Assembly (NCBI RefSeq): GCF_963506605.1
Contig: NC_083278.1
Coordinates: 71,548,001-71,612,000, forward strand
Length of the DNA: 64,000 bases
Reading direction: 5' to 3'
Source: Zootoca vivipara
Lineage: Eukaryota
This document shows, piece by piece, positions 25,028-39,087 of this stretch (position 1 is the first letter of the stretch; each line of letters begins with the position of its first letter). The translations under genes were made by a program, and so were the position numbers. The notes beneath the pieces are model-generated. The model did no database searches, was not told where the DNA came from, and was given only the letters and a program-made list of their open reading frames with translations.

Positions 25028-27314
25028 CTGCCAGGATGAAAAAAAGCAACGCAAATAAAACTGTTATGTTCAGATTCCACTTGCATAAAGCAACACGCAC
25101 TGGTTTCCAAGAAACTAGTACAACCACGAATGGGAATTTCCCCCATTTTATTCTCACTGGAAACTAAGTGCATCCAAGAGACAATGATGGGACCATGGTC
25201 ACCCAGTGAGCTTTTGTATTTAAGTCTGGTCTCTCCATGCTAGGTGGCACACATTATATCTTGAACTGATAGCACTACTGCTTTGTCCTTTGCTTGTTAA
25301 ATGGGGTGTGCTTGTCTTGCTGTGTGCCTTCCCTAAATTGTAACCCCTTTCCTACAAGGCTACAAATATAGTACTATAAAGTCTGTAGGGTTGTACTAGC
25401 TGGTCGGTCCCATGGTTGGTGAAATACTTTTAGGATGGATCTTTCCCTAATTCACTCTGTGGTGACCCCTCTCTGCCCAACTCTTGGTCACATACAAGAT
25501 TTGCCTGACACATTTTCTGGTGACGGTGAGAAGGTAAGAACAAAACCACCCTGTTTTGTGACAAATTGATTGATGACCTATCAGCTTCCATTCTCAATTG
25601 AAGGTAGTCAATTCATCCAGACCTTTCAAGATAAGGCAGTCCAGCTTTTCAGATTTTATCCAATTCTACCCCAAAGTTTTAAAAAAGTTATATTTCCATG
25701 AGTAAAAAAAAACACTCTAGGCCCATTTTCCTGTAATTTGGGAAGCATTATATCGCCTAAAGGAGCTAGGATGCCTGCAAATTCCATTCACCTATATGAA
25801 AAAGGGACAGCTATATAGACAATAGTCATTGGGAGAGAGCAATACTCTGAGGGGCAGCTTATGAAACAACTTGGACCAAGGCAGACAGTTTCCTGAAGCA
25901 GCAAATTGAGGTCTGATCCAAAAACTTGTGGTTTGTGCAGTCCCCTAGTATATTTTTTATTGTTTGAACTCTCTGTAAACAGTCCAGAGGAATCTGTTGA
26001 TTAGGCGGTCAACAAATGTCCTAAATCAATATTATAAAATTTACTATGAAATGTATCCCCTGAGCTGACTTGAGGTTTATGCAGTTTTGTTTTAGATTTC
26101 AGATTTCATTTATTTTTTAGTAATAAAAGTTTTTGCTGATTCTTACAATATTTGCAGGAGACGAGAAGACAACCCTTTCCAGGAATACTGGTTTATATAT
26201 ATTTTTATTTTACTTTTTGCAATGATATATATTTTGATTGTAAGCTGCCTTGGATATTTAGATATGTCTAAATAAATAACCACAAGTGTTAATGGAAACT
26301 CCATACTATGGAAAACCTTCAAGGGTTTTAGAGATCTACTGATACACACATCCAACACTTTCAACACTTTACACATTTATTGAATCAAATCTGAGGCTTA
26401 ACAGGTTTCTTTCTCCAGTGCTGAAAACTGGGATTCATCTGCCAGGAAATGCAGCAGCAACGTCCCTCTAAGGACACTGAAGCTTCTGCTTCCAAGTCAT
26501 GCCAAAAACCTCAAGCCTAGAGGCATTCCAAAAACACCAAAGATATTTGGGTTGGTAGGTTTTTTCGGTACTGGGCTACTGTTCAGGTCAGGTTTGCCAG
26601 TTTAATAACCTGAAATGTCACTGTTGGTTTTTTCCCCCTTCCTGAGCCAAAAATGTAACTTGGGATCCTTATTATTCTAGCATCCAAAAGAAATTTCCCT
26701 TTTTTTCTCCCAAGGCGTTTTGGCAAACACGTTGGGTGAAGACATTTGATTTGGCTGGCACTTCAAGTGCAGCTCTTCATGCGAGCATATTTGACAGCAT
26801 AAATAATTAGAAAGAATATGGGTATTGCTGGCCCATAATTTTCATTACTTCTGAAATTATTATATCAAGTGAATGTTATATTCTTAAAAATGGGACGTGG
26901 GTTCTTAAAGAGTACCTCTCCCACTATAAGATCATTAAAGACTTGTCAGAGAGACTGTGCAAATAGTCCATTCTGTTCCAGAATTGGTTTGAGCACATGG
27001 CAAAGCCTTGACCATGAAATTATTTGCCCAGTAAACCCCACCAAACCATGTGTTTAAGGTACACCACTAAGATTTATTTTGATTAAGAAGTTTATAAAAA
27101 TTTCTTAAATAAACAAATTAATCTGCATGCTTTTATATGATTATGTAAAATGTTCCTTTCACATTTTTCCTTTGAGGTTATATGATCAGCTGGCTGGTTT
27201 TATGGTTAAATGGGTTTGAGTTTAGTATATTCTAAGGACTATTTGCCAATAAGATGTTATCATTTTAATGATGTTTTGCATTTTGGAGTTCCACTTTACC
27301 TTTTCTCTCTCTCT

Positions 27315-27360
<46 letters not shown>
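27315..27360. repeat. (GT)n microsatellite
   Basis: Direct reading. Confidence 0.95.
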
Positions 27361-27362
<2 letters not shown>

Positions 27363-29046
27363 ATATATACATAATTATATAGATATGTGTAGAATATATG
27401 TAGTATAAAAAAGCAATATAAAATCTGTTGGAATAGAAAGAAATAGTCTCTAGATAACCTGGTTTAATACAAATAAGTGACACAAAAAGAAGGGCATAGC
27501 CCCACTTTTATATCCCATTTCTTGTTATGAACATTATTTAAGCACAAGCTTAAATCTCCCACTGAACTTCTTGCATCTTCAAAGTGTATAAAATTGGCAA
27601 TCGTGTCTTAGGAGACTTTCATACATGTGGTGAAATATTCAGACATAGCAATGGGTGGCACTTGTCAGTGCTCTTTGCAAGGATCCGGAAATGAACAGGC
27701 CATCTTTTTCAGGCCATCGTTTTTCAGTTGCAAGCTATTGATTTAGTCTCACGAGGTTTATGTGCATGTAGCACTTCTGGACTAAAAACTATGAGCATAA
27801 ATCAAATGCCTCGGGAGTGGCATTTGCAAGCAGCCTTCTGCAAGCAATCAGTTCAGACCTCTTATGAGAATGATCTGTCCCCAACAACCCACTGAGTAAG
27901 GAGGATTACAGAAAGAGAACAAGTGTCAGAAAAGAGAGCAGGTGGCAGAAAGAGAGAGGGAAAGGCATGTTCTCTCCCCTTTTTGGCTCTAGTGACACTG
28001 GCCACTGGCATAAGACACCTGATATTAGATTACCCCTAAGGGAACCTGGCCCTCAGAAACAGTTGCCTACCCAGCCATGCATCCAAATCAGCACTAAATG
28101 AGGATGCAAGTCCAAATCCGAATTCACATTCTTGTGTCATTAGTCACACATTAACCGCTTGTTTGCATGTGGCTAGAGCTGGATCAGGGTTGATATCAAT
28201 GTGGCCCAAGGAGCCCATAAATGCCCTTTATCACCTGCATCCTGAAAAAGCGCATTATACTTGAAAAAGTATACAATACGTTGTCATCTAATGGTGCCCT
28301 TCTCTTCATGAAAGGAGTCCTTCCATTCATAAAAGGCTCTTTGATTTAGTGGAGTCTCCCATGGACTGAAGTGGGAAGAGGATTATGTGCCCCACCCCCA
28401 CAAAAAAATAGTAAGGGGGGAAGTGAAGTTGGCAAAAATTGCCCCCTCCTTCTGCCCATGGAAGCCAATGTCATTAGATGTGTTGTCTGTTCCACTTCCC
28501 AAGCATTCACTTATTATTGTGACAGCAACTCTTAAGATTGCATAATGAGAGTTTGGAAACAGTGGACATAAATGACATACCTGGGTTGGTTGTATCATAT
28601 GGAAATCAATGACATATAAATGTATCTAACTTCTGCTATGGTTATGATGTGTCCTTTTTTCCCAGGACACGACTTCTTTCAGGGGTAAAATTTCTGTCTG
28701 GGTGGATTTTTTTAATTTGCCAAAATGTCTCTGGCAATACTTTCTGGATGAGACAAAGACATGACTGGTGGTTGAAAATGCTTGCTTTCCTCTTCTCTTC
28801 TCCGCCCCCCCCCCCCAGCAATATATCACAGCTTCTCCAGCCTATATATAGGAGGGGTATTTTAAATGAGAGTCGTCATAGCGTCCTCTTTTTTGCTCTT
28901 GAAAATGTGGCAACCCTATCCTTTGCCTTCAATGTGTGGATTGATTTGATAGAGTTGTTCACAAGGGCGAGAGCAATAGCTTATTTTGAGCCTGTTTCTC
29001 CCATGCTGAACAGAAACTAAATATATGAGAATGAATAAGAATTTAC

Positions 29047-29206
29047 CATCGCCATCAATATCCACCGCACATGAATCGCCCTCTCCATTATTATCAGTGT
29101 CAATCTGAGCAGGATTGTGCACGTAGGGGCAATTATCGCAGCGGTCCCCAACTTCATCCTTGTCATAATCAAATTGACGAGGATTAAAAATAAGGGGGCA
29201 GTTGTC
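29047..29206 (-). CDS. THBS2: THBS2 exon 15 (type-3 repeats)
   Basis: [53 protein letters not shown]; 160 nt. Confidence 0.96.
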
Positions 29207-29698
29207 CTAAAAAAAAGGAGAAAAAGGATTGAAGAGAAGATGTGTAAGCATAGCTCAAAGGCCATTACATTTCCAATCAACCTTTTCCCTTTCTGTAAAT
29301 CAAACAGCATATACCTATTGGGGTTCCCAAAGGTTTCCTGTAAATACTGCTAATAATAGTAAATTAGCATCAAATGAGGCATATGTAAGACTATCACTCT
29401 CTCACACACTCTGCTAGAGTCAGTGTCTTTCAACCTTTCCCCATATGAATACTACGAGCCAACAAAACAGCTGTAAAACTTCCATAGAATGTGCCATTCT
29501 GTTGGTCTGTAATATGGAGCATGTAATGATCAGTGACATCTGTAAGTAATAGTGGTATCCCAAATGGTACAGTTTAAATTCTGATATCTGACAACAGACG
29601 TAGAGAAATGAGAATGCAGCAAATATACCAACAACTTCTTAATGGTGTCCATATTGATTTCTTCTGAAAGGAGAAGATGCTAATGAAAACAAGCTTAC

Positions 29699-29806
29699 TT
29701 TATCATCCTCAACACCGTCGTTGTCATCATCCTCATCACAAGCATCTCCCTTTCCATCCTTATCGAAGTCTTCTTGTCCAGAATTAGGCAGAAGAGGACA
29801 GTTATC
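29699..29806 (-). CDS. THBS2: THBS2 exon 14 (type-3 repeats)
   Basis: [36 protein letters not shown]; 108 nt. Confidence 0.96.
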
Positions 29807-30773
29807 CTGTGAAAACAGACAACCCCAGATTGGCACACACTTCTAATTTCACAAGTTGATAATAATGCCAAACTCTGACTAAATGTTTGTATGCCCCTCC
29901 AGATACAGCACTGAGCGAATTCAAAATGGGAATTTTGAAGTCTTTCCTAAAGTCAACATGCATATGTATTCAATTAATTTTCACACACTTTTAGGCAGCC
30001 TTTGGTTTGTGTTGGATTATATTGCTAAAGTGGAATGATATCCGATGATGGTTACCACCTTATATTTTTGCTAGATTGCTTTAAAGGAAAGCATTTAACC
30101 TTTATTAAATCAACATATGTACTACAAAAATAATGGGTTTGGCTTTTGCGGAAGAACCTCCCCTAAATGAATTCCGCATGTTTGAGTTTTGGTTTTTGTC
30201 TTTTAATGAAAGCAGCTCTTGATTCTTCTTGAATCAAATGAAGTACATCCTGGTGACAGGAACCAAAAAGAAAGAAAGAATGAACCATATATGCTGAGTT
30301 GGTCACATTAACAAATGAGCAGACATTAGCCAGGGCTGAAAGAATTTGACATCTCAATTGTATGCTCAAGGAACATTTAATACTCCCTCTCTGTTCGTGG
30401 AAAAGCAGGAAAAGAGAGATCCATTACTAGCTCCATCCCACAGTCTTATAAAGTCACATTCAGCTTCAAGTTACAAGCATTTCTCGCAGTAAGGCACAAA
30501 ATTCTGGTTTGTTTCAATTCACTTGCTGTGTTGGGGTGTGATATACTTCATACTGCTTCATTGTTTTTGACTCGGTTTGATAAAGGTTGTCTTCAGCACT
30601 TATTCTTCTGCTGTTCACTAGTTTATTTGGTTAACTTGTTGAGAGGGTATGTTATCAGTAACCTGTCTAACCCATATTTTGTGATGAAAGGATGGTGTAC
30701 CAAGGTGACAGAACCACTGCCCTTGCATGAAGCAATGAGTCGCCCTGAGGCCTCCGGGTATGGGGCAGTATAT

Positions 30774-30946
30774 NNNNNNNNNNNNNNNNNNNNNNNNNNN
30801 NNNNNNNNNNNNNNNNNNNNNNNNNNNNNNNNNNNNNNNNNNNNNNNNNNNNNNNNNNNNNNNNNNNNNNNNNNNNNNNNNNNNNNNNNNNNNNNNNNNN
30901 NNNNNNNNNNNNNNNNNNNNNNNNNNNNNNNNNNNNNNNNNNNNNN
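30774..30946. other. Assembly gap (173 N)
   Basis: Run of N in intron 13. Confidence 1.
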
Positions 30947-31230
30947 CAATGGAATGTCTCCGACTCTGACATGTCTATCCAGTCATATCTTTTTGGTGGT
31001 TATTAAGAGGTATATAATTTTTGTAGACTAGAAGCTCAAAATGGGCAGATTCTCTAAATTGAGAGACCTACCAGTCTTGGAAATATTTATTTCAACAGTC
31101 TTTATATCATCAACAGTGGCCTAACAAATGGTCCAGGAAGTGATGGTCACTGGAGGCTATCACTAGACTAGCCCTTCATTAACTGCCCTTCATTGAGACA
31201 TTTATGTTGTTTCCATTGCTTCTTACTTAC

Positions 31231-31449
31231 TTTTATGCAGTGATAAGTTGAGTTGGCAGCACAGACCAAGTTATGATTGGGCCATCCATCCAGGTCAGAA
31301 TCTTCGCCGCAAATGAATCCATCACCAGCATAGCCTGTCCTACATTCACACTTGTACATGGGGTCACTGAAATGCCCAAGGTAGATGCACTCTGCTGACC
31401 TGTGACAGTTGTGTGTCTTGTCTTTGCAAGGATTGGCAGGTTCACATAC
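31231..31449 (-). CDS. THBS2: THBS2 exon 13 (EGF 3)
   Basis: [16 protein letters not shown]...TYHCIK; 219 nt. Confidence 0.96.
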
Positions 31450-31480
31450 CTGAAAAAGCAAAGCATAATTGTCAGAGGGT

Positions 31481-31744
31481 TGTCGTGGCTACTCTAGAGT
31501 AACTCCGCTTGAGTCCAGTTGGTCTTTAAAGACTTTTATTATGCAAAGTATTTACAGTGCAGAGACAGCTTAAAATATGACCTCACATTCCGAATCAGAA
31601 TCTGGCAATGGCGTACGTCTGTTCTTACGCCAGCAAAGTAGTCGGGGCACCCCAAAACGCCTCCCCCTTGACCTGCGTCGCGGTGCTCTCCTTAACTCTT
31701 GCGCCGGAAGGAGCGATGCCCTCTCAGTCTGAGCTACAGGGACA
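31481..31744 (-). mobile_element. Partial LTR related to the solo LTR at 40974
   Basis: Starts TGT; shares GAGTAAC, TTTTATTAT, TCCGA.TCAGAATC.GG and GGCACCC in the same order; CpG-rich; no clear TSD. Confidence 0.55.
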
Positions 31745-32891
31745 TGCGCTTGTTTATTATATATTTGCTTTGATGTCATCCTCATCATAGCAAGTTCCAA
31801 TACTTGAAAAGAATTTGCAGAACGCTTTCTGCAGTACAGGTGACTTTAGGAACAGGACAATACGTGGTGGCTGGGACCAGGAAAACCTGCCTGGAATGGC
31901 TCTGACCACAACAGTATCTGTGGGTGAGAATTGTGATAACAACACAAGAGAAGAAATGCTTTGGATGGCAAGACCTACTCAGTTCTACATAGTGCTGGAA
32001 AAACCACTCAAAGCCAAATTTGAATTCAACTAAGTTAGCCAAAAATGTCTGTTTTTCAAATGCCTCATTTTAAACAGTTTTCAGTACCGATAGTCAAGCA
32101 CTACCCTCAAATGACACAAAACATCTGATTAATGTAGATAAACAGCAGTTTTAGTTTCCGATAATATTGTTGAGCTTTGAGCCACACATCCTTTAGCTGG
32201 GCCCAGATTTAACAACCTTTTATTAAAATCCTGGGCAGAGCCTCAAGGAACATTTCCTTACTGACTGGGCTAATTAGCTGCACACGTTTGTCAATGCGGT
32301 AATTATGAATAATGCTTTATTTAACTAAAGCGTCGCCTTAAGCAGAATTTTACATTACTTCACAAATTTCTCTTACATCTGCTGATTCTGGATGTCATTA
32401 ACTAACGTAAATCAACCCCACCCATTTCCTTTGCAGCAGCTTCAGGATGTATCACCAAACTAGCTATTTAGCTGCCTTTGGGTTTTTGCTTTTGTTTCTG
32501 CATAGAGAGACAGCGTAATGGACTGTGATTTCTTTTCCACAAGTCCTGACTGGTACTTCTGTATTGCTATTGTTTTGATTGACAGCTTTGCTAGAGTAGT
32601 TTAACATTAACGGATGTTTCACATTTAGACTTCACAAACCGTGTCAGCCAGAACACGGAGAACTATGAAGAGACTGAGTAAAACCCAATGAAACTATTTT
32701 AAAATGAGGGTGGGGAATGTCTTTTTATCAAATCTAATTTAGTTGCATTTTTTCACGTTCACTGAATAAAGATCTCCCCAAAGTGACCTGTTTCCTACAG
32801 GGTGTGTCAAACAATCCCTTATATTAATGTGCTGGTTCTCAAGTGCAATGCATTAAGAATATGTTAGTGAAGAACCTGTGGCTGAAGGACT

Positions 32892-33145
32892 AACATAAGA
32901 ACACGATTTCTGGATCAGACCAAAGACCCATCTGCTCCAATATTTTGTTCTCACAAGAGGTGCATTGGAAGCCCAGAAGCAGAACATGAGCACCAGAGCA
33001 CTCTCCCCATTTGTGTTCAGTCAGAGAGGCATATTGCCTTTCTTACTGGGGATAATGTATAGCTATCACAACTAGTAGCCTTTCCATAGATTCCTCTAAT
33101 CCCATTTTAAAGTCATCCAAGTTAGCAGCCATCATTACATCCTGC
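32892..33145 (-). mobile_element. Old CR1-like 3' end
   Basis: AACATAAGAA...CTGGATCAGACCAAAG...CCATC pattern typical of sauropsid CR1 3'UTRs. Confidence 0.6.
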
Positions 33146-33466
33146 GCTAAGTAGAATCAATGCCTCTCCTCTTATGCACTGTTACACCTTCTTGGCCCTT
33201 TTAAATTGGCCCTAATCTTTTTTTAAAAAACATAAAGAAATGACTTTTGAGATCAATTTCTTAAAAAGTTTTGAATGTCAGGTTTCCAATCTAAGGGGTG
33301 CATTATAAACATGCAAGCTGCACTCTTGCTCATTTCGAGATGCTGCAAGACAATGAAGTCTTTAGGACTGATACATCATCACCCTCTTTGCGCCATACTT
33401 TTATAGCAGATGGATCACATTTTCCATCCCGTTACTGGCCGCTGGCCTTCTTTCAACAGCACTTAC

Positions 33467-33619
33467 TTGTTTTTCTTTCTTGGCAGCCTCTAGGCCCACC
33501 CCATAAGGCTGACTTCCTTTGTAGCGAGGAGGGCATGGCAAGCAATGGAATCCAGGATTGGTGTTTACACAACGGTGGTTCTGAATTAACTTAAAGCAAA
33601 CGTCTGGCACTACTGCACA
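33467..33619 (-). CDS. THBS2: THBS2 exon 12 (EGF 2)
   Basis: CAVVPDVCFKLIQNHRCVNTNPGFHCLPCPPRYKG...KKEKQ; 153 nt. Confidence 0.96.
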
Positions 33620-33758
33620 CTGCAAAAAAGAAAGACACACACACAACCAGAGAGAAGTATTGAGTTATATCACTGAGGAACCTCCAACAAAGTTGGCTAA
33701 GTGTTTCCATTGGGTGGGGTCAAAATGGCATTTCTATATGAACCAAAACTGTGTCTAC

Positions 33759-33886
33759 CTCATCAAGGTCTTCACAGACTGTTCCGTTTCCAAGGTAACC
33801 AGCAGGACATGCACCACAGGACCAAGAACCATCCGGGAAGCTGTTGCATTCAGCTCCAGGAAAGCAAGGGTTTGACAAACATCCAT
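33759..33886 (-). CDS. THBS2: THBS2 exon 11 (EGF 1)
   Basis: [43 protein letters not shown]; 128 nt. Confidence 0.96.
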
Positions 33887-33972
33887 CTGCCAAAGCAAGG
33901 GGAAAGAGCATTAATTGTGTCAGTACTAAGTCAATCTCCTTATCTGAATACAGAGGATGAAAAACAGCTTTA

Positions 33973-34133
33973 CAATGGTACCTCGACATCCGAACGATTC
34001 AACTTCCGAAGGTTTCGACTTCTGAAGTCGACAACCCTGGAAGTTTTTTCACCACACGCACGCGGTCGGCGCATGCACAGAACGGGCACTTCGACAACCG
34101 AAGATTTCGTCTTCGTAAGTTGAGGTACCACTG
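33973..34133. mobile_element. Tigger-like MITE
   Basis: TA|CAATGGTACCTCGAC...GTTGAGGTACCACTG|TA. Confidence 0.82.
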
Positions 34134-34793
34134 TACATCATTTCTTTATGAAATCTCCTCACCCACTTTGAGGCAACTGTATTAAAATTTACTACAAATA
34201 TATTTTATATCAGTCCCAGATAGAGGATGCCACAAGGACAAGTTGTATATGAAGGCACAGCAGTAAGGATGGAGTATGTCTGAAACTGCCTAACTCAATA
34301 TGTCTACTCCAGACTGGAAGCCACTCTCCAGTTTCAGGCAGGTGCCTTTCTTGGCACTCTCAGTCAAGACCCTTTTAACTGGAGTGACTGAATCTTAGAG
34401 AAGGAATTCAATATAGCATTAAGGAAATTGTTCTGTCAGGCAAGTATAAGTGCTTGTGCTAAAGGAGCAATCTCTCTTCTCCTTCCCCCATGCACTGTTC
34501 TTGGCGGTCTTCTAACACACACATCCCAAGCCAATCGCTGGGAGTGGAGGGGGGGGGAAGCCCCATTGTGCTGGCAAAAGTCCTTGTGTGGGCTTCTACA
34601 AGCAGGACCCATTAGTTGAACCCAGCCCAAAGTCTGCTGCATACAAATCCTATGTTCTGCCACTGTGCAGTTGCTGCTCCAAAAATCTGCTCTAGCAGAA
34701 TGGTTTGGAGTACCAGATCCCATATGAGGCATGAAGTATACCTGGGTATCTTTGTTTAGAACACAGCTAACTATCCATCAATGCCACACTTAC

Positions 34794-34967
34794 CTATTGG
34801 ACAATCCTGTTTGTTGCACATATCATGCTGTATGACATCTCCCATGCATGCCTTTCCGCCATACTGAGGCTCTGGGCTGTTGCAGAGTCGAGATCTTTCA
34901 CGAATCCCTCCGCCACAGGTAACAGTGCACGCAGACCAAGGAGACCAAGGGCTCCATCGACCATTGA
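34794..34967 (-). CDS. THBS2: THBS2 exon 10 (TSR repeat 3)
   Basis: [37 protein letters not shown]...DCPI; 174 nt. Confidence 0.96.
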   Translation of the reverse strand, partial: SMVDGALGLLGLRALLPVAEGFVKDLDSATAQSLSMAERHAWEMSYSMICATNRIVQ

Positions 34968-36681
34968 CTGGAGTAGGACAGACAACAGGAAAAATTAGCA
35001 TGGGCAGACACAGTACAGTCAAGAAAGCAAAACACTGACCACACAGAGTGGTGTCATTCAGTGATGTCAAGAGGTTATTTCACCTGGCCACTTCACCAGT
35101 ACAATGAATACAAATTTTATTTCTGGTCTAGTCAAGGAACCTGAAAAGAATCTGCTCAAATTGCAAATCTGCTCAAATTGCAAACTCTATTTTGGCCATA
35201 ATCCACAATCCTCCTACTCAGAAGTACCCCATTCAGTTCAATGGGGTAAATAGAACAAAAGGGTTGTAGACGGCAGCCACTTCAGACCCCTGAATCCAAT
35301 AAGACAACTGGCAGTCCAGAAGGAAAATGCAGTGCAAGAATGCATATTTTTGCTCACATAGTAATCTATCCCAGCTTTCTCTCCACATGACTTTGCCCAT
35401 GCATATATACAAATACAAGCAACAAATCTGAATTATGCCGTTTTCATAGAAAAGACTCTGAATGTGATTTTGCAAGTGGGATTAAGATGCACCTTGGCAA
35501 ATTCAGGTTGCACAATCAAAGTAGAGTTGATGCTCTTGCACAACAAATCTGCTTTACCCTCACATGCAACCCCAACCCCCCCCCCACACACACACCAAAA
35601 AAAAAAACCCAATACATTTTGCAGAGAGAAATTGATGGAGGAAATATCTGGAAGATGTTATATAGCCCCCTAATCAGAATGAATGCTCACTATAAAGCTG
35701 ACATTGTCTAACCTCCCTGCAAACTTTAGGCAAACAAATCAGGAAGAATAATCAACAAATAGAAGCAACTAGTAGTTGAAAGGTAGATATCAGTTTTTGA
35801 AAACATTGCACATGCTCAGGCTATAGCAGTTCCAGCCCATATTCATTGAAGTAAAGATAATAGGAAGAGGCAAATTTCAAGACAGAGACTGAGGTTCTAC
35901 TTGAATTTCATTACTGGTTAACTAAGGAACTGTAGACTTCACTCTCCTGCTAGAACATGCTTTTCATGTAGATGTTGTTAAACTCAAATAATGAGAATAA
36001 TGTCAGGCTTTCATTATAGAACACCTACACTATCCAATATAAACCCTTCTATTTGCTGAGCTAGGAAACCTCTGAGCAAATAGTGGAGTTCCGTTGATTT
36101 CAAAGGGACTTACTGTCTTGTTAATGTGCACGGAATTGCAGCCTAAGTCTAGTAGAATGCTATGAATCTATTCAACGGTGGACCACATGGTGGGACACCA
36201 TCAATCATGTGACTTCTGCATCGCTGCCTCTCCAGGAGTGGGAGGCAGTAAGTAGAGTGAGTTGATCTGGTGTCCACACTGGTGCATTTCCACCATGCCA
36301 ACTCATGCTTTCCCCCTCTACCTCCTGGTAGACCAGAGGTCAGATGAGTGATGCCACCAAATCACCTGTCACATAATCTATTTATTGCCTTGCACAGCAA
36401 CCAGCTTTCCAGAAGGGGTACTTTGAAAAGTGAGCAAAAGGTTACCCGTTCAAGGCAGACCCTCTAAAATAGTGTACTGGAAAGTTCTACTGCCATAGAT
36501 TCCTTTATGCCATGCATACTTTTTATCACTTTATCTGAAGGGCCAGATGGATGTGGATTCAGTCTTACAGAGCCCCAGTTGCTGATCCCAAATGTATAGG
36601 AGAGGTTCTTTCAGCTTGAGTAATCTTGACATCTAGACTGCAGCCTTATCAGAGGATGAAAATTCAAACCAAAACACTTAC

Positions 36682-36858
36682 TCGGACATGGGACTCCTTC
36701 ACATTCTTTCGTTTCCCTTCCGCTTCCTTTGCAGCCTTTCCCACCCATCTGTGGGATGGGGGAATTGCAGAGACGTATGCGAGTTATGTTGCCTACCCCA
36801 CAGGTCACAGAACAGGAAGACCAAGGGGACCAGTGGCTCCAGCCGCCATCTTGCCGTA
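36682..36858 (-). CDS. THBS2: THBS2 exon 9 (TSR repeat 2)
   Basis: [33 protein letters not shown]...VPCP; 177 nt. Confidence 0.96.
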
Positions 36859-37336
36859 CTGATCAAGGAGAGAAAAAGAATCACAGTTCAAGGCCCTGTC
36901 CCAAAATTCTCAAAGGCTCTAATGGAAATCCCCCTTTAATGCCTAGCAGTGTAAGGAAACCTGTGTCTGCAGTACAAATACCAAAAGCAGCTGTGATTAT
37001 CTGACAGTCCACACCAACTTTCAGCCATGTCTATCAGTGTCAAAGGGGCCATATGTTTGCTGCCCCCATGTACTAACCTTAGCTGGATAGTCCTGTGTGG
37101 ACAACAAAGAGCAGTTGTCCACACCTGTCAATTATCTATTATCTACCTCTTTGCCTTGTGGGTAAGGGGAGTAGTTCAGGTCACATCTTAACATCTGATG
37201 AATCTTTTAAAAAGTCACATGAGCTCTTTCATGCTTTCTTTTGCGTACAAGATTGTTTCCAGGTTAGTTGCATTTGTTTGTTTGAGAAGCAAAGGAGAAG
37301 TTACAAAGATAAAAGCTTGACATTACAAGCACTCAC

Positions 37337-37507
37337 TGCGATTGTCGCATTTCCCGAGGGAACAGGTTCTTGTTTGAATGGAGGGCCCTCGGCAAGTATT
37401 GCTGGTGACATCGCATGACCTTCCTCGCTGCTGGGTTCCAGATCCACAAGTGACAGAGCATTCTGTCCACTCAGACCAGGGTGACCAGCCTTCTTCACTG
37501 TCGTCAG
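37337..37507 (-). CDS. THBS2: THBS2 exon 8 (TSR type-1 repeat 1)
   Basis: [32 protein letters not shown]...KCDNR; 171 nt. Confidence 0.96.
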
Positions 37508-38127
37508 CTGCAAATCAGAAGAATCATAGAGGTACCCTGAATTGTCTGGTTCACAGGTAAAAAGCCTGCTGGAATTTGCAGGTATATTAGGGAGCCAAAA
37601 AAACATAAGCCAAAACAAGCAAACAGGTGAGCCAGTGCATTTGTTGGGTTAGCTCTTCAAAGCTTAAGCCCATATACAAACTGAAGCACTGCGCAACCCA
37701 ACAGCTACACATTATAATTGTTGGCATTGTTTGTCTTACACATCACTATCAAAGCACATTGTCCATTTGGTCTCTAAAGCTATGTGCTCTAATTGCGTTC
37801 TGTGTTGGGACTGCTCACAGGTATTCAAATCAAGAAAGGACCAAAATACTCAAACATCACATTCCAGCCTCGCTGACACTTTGTTTACTAAATCTGTGGG
37901 GCAAACAATTTGAAAGGTTTCAACTCTCAGGACCTCTTAACGTGGCTACCAAAACTTCAGTTGCCCCCAAATGGAAAACCTTACAGGACTTGTGACATTC
38001 ACTTTGGTATATTAATATGTAGATTTTAGTATTAACCGGGAAAAATAACTCATAAATTACATGTTGCCAAAGGCTTGGTGGACCCTGCAAAAATTCTATG
38101 TGGTTTGGTGGGATTTTATCTTAGATA

Positions 38128-38448
38128 CAGTGGAACCTCGGTTTATGAACACCTCGGTTTATGAATTGTCGGTTTACGAACGCCGCGGACCCATCTGGAA
38201 CGGATTAATCCACTTTCCATTACTTTCAATGGGAAAGTTCGCTTCAGTTTATGAACAGACTTCCGGAACCAATTACACCAATGCTTTGGGTTAAGTACGC
38301 TTCAGGCTGAGTACTCCGTGGACCCGTCTGGAACGGATTAATCCACTTTCCATTACTTTCAATGGGAAAGTTCGCTTCAGTTTATGAACGCTTCAGTTTA
38401 TGAACAGACTTCCGGAACCAATTGTGTTCATAAACCGAGGTACCACTG
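38128..38448. mobile_element. Tigger-like MITE with an internal duplication of about 85 bp
   Basis: TA|CAGTGGAACCTCGGTTTATGAACA...TGTTCATAAACCGAGGTACCACTG|TA; 38188-38273 is repeated at 38320-38423. Confidence 0.88.
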
Positions 38449-39087
38449 TACAACTAACGCAGAAACAAAGGACTCCCTCTGCACAGTACAATGTGAAATT
38501 TAGCTTTCCTAATGGTCTTAAGTACTGTACCAATTTAAGTCTCTCCCAGATATACTGTGTTGCTTTTTTTGTACTTCTGTTATTTTTGTTTGATTTACTT
38601 CAATAAAATCTTTTTTCTTTAAGTGTCCCATTTGAAAATTTGCTCCCAACATGAAAATCTCTCTCCTGTCTGAGAGAAAGAAAGTTTCTCAAGGCTTCTC
38701 ACTGGTTTGTTCACATGGAGCGTGAGCTTCACACAGGAGTAAACCAGCAACCTCTTCCCCTTGTAAAAACTGAGGCTGGCTGAGGCTGATGGGAGTTATA
38801 GTGCAGCAATAACTAGAGGGTCGCAGGTTCCCCATCCATGCCTTAGCAAAATGGCAATGATCCCAGAAGTCAGAAACCTTGCACCTCTCTCCTGCTCCTC
38901 CTTCTGTCATATGTTATTCCCTGCAGTACTTTCATCAAATGAAGAAAATTATGCAGGTGGCAAGAAATCCAGGGATCACCCAAGCAGTAACAGCACATAA
39001 TGTATAGCTAGTTAAGTGTGCAACACTGACATAGGAAGTCTAGCAGGAACCATCTGCAGCCTTGCTCTTTGAAGACCCAGCAAGAGG

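Noticed and set aside
30528-31031. ORFs spanning N runs (also 44367-44673)
   Set aside because: They are artefacts of the assembly gaps.
35151-35184. 17-bp tandem duplication (similar short repeats at 17658-17712 and 27697-27727)
   Set aside because: These are ordinary slippage duplications with no sign of function.
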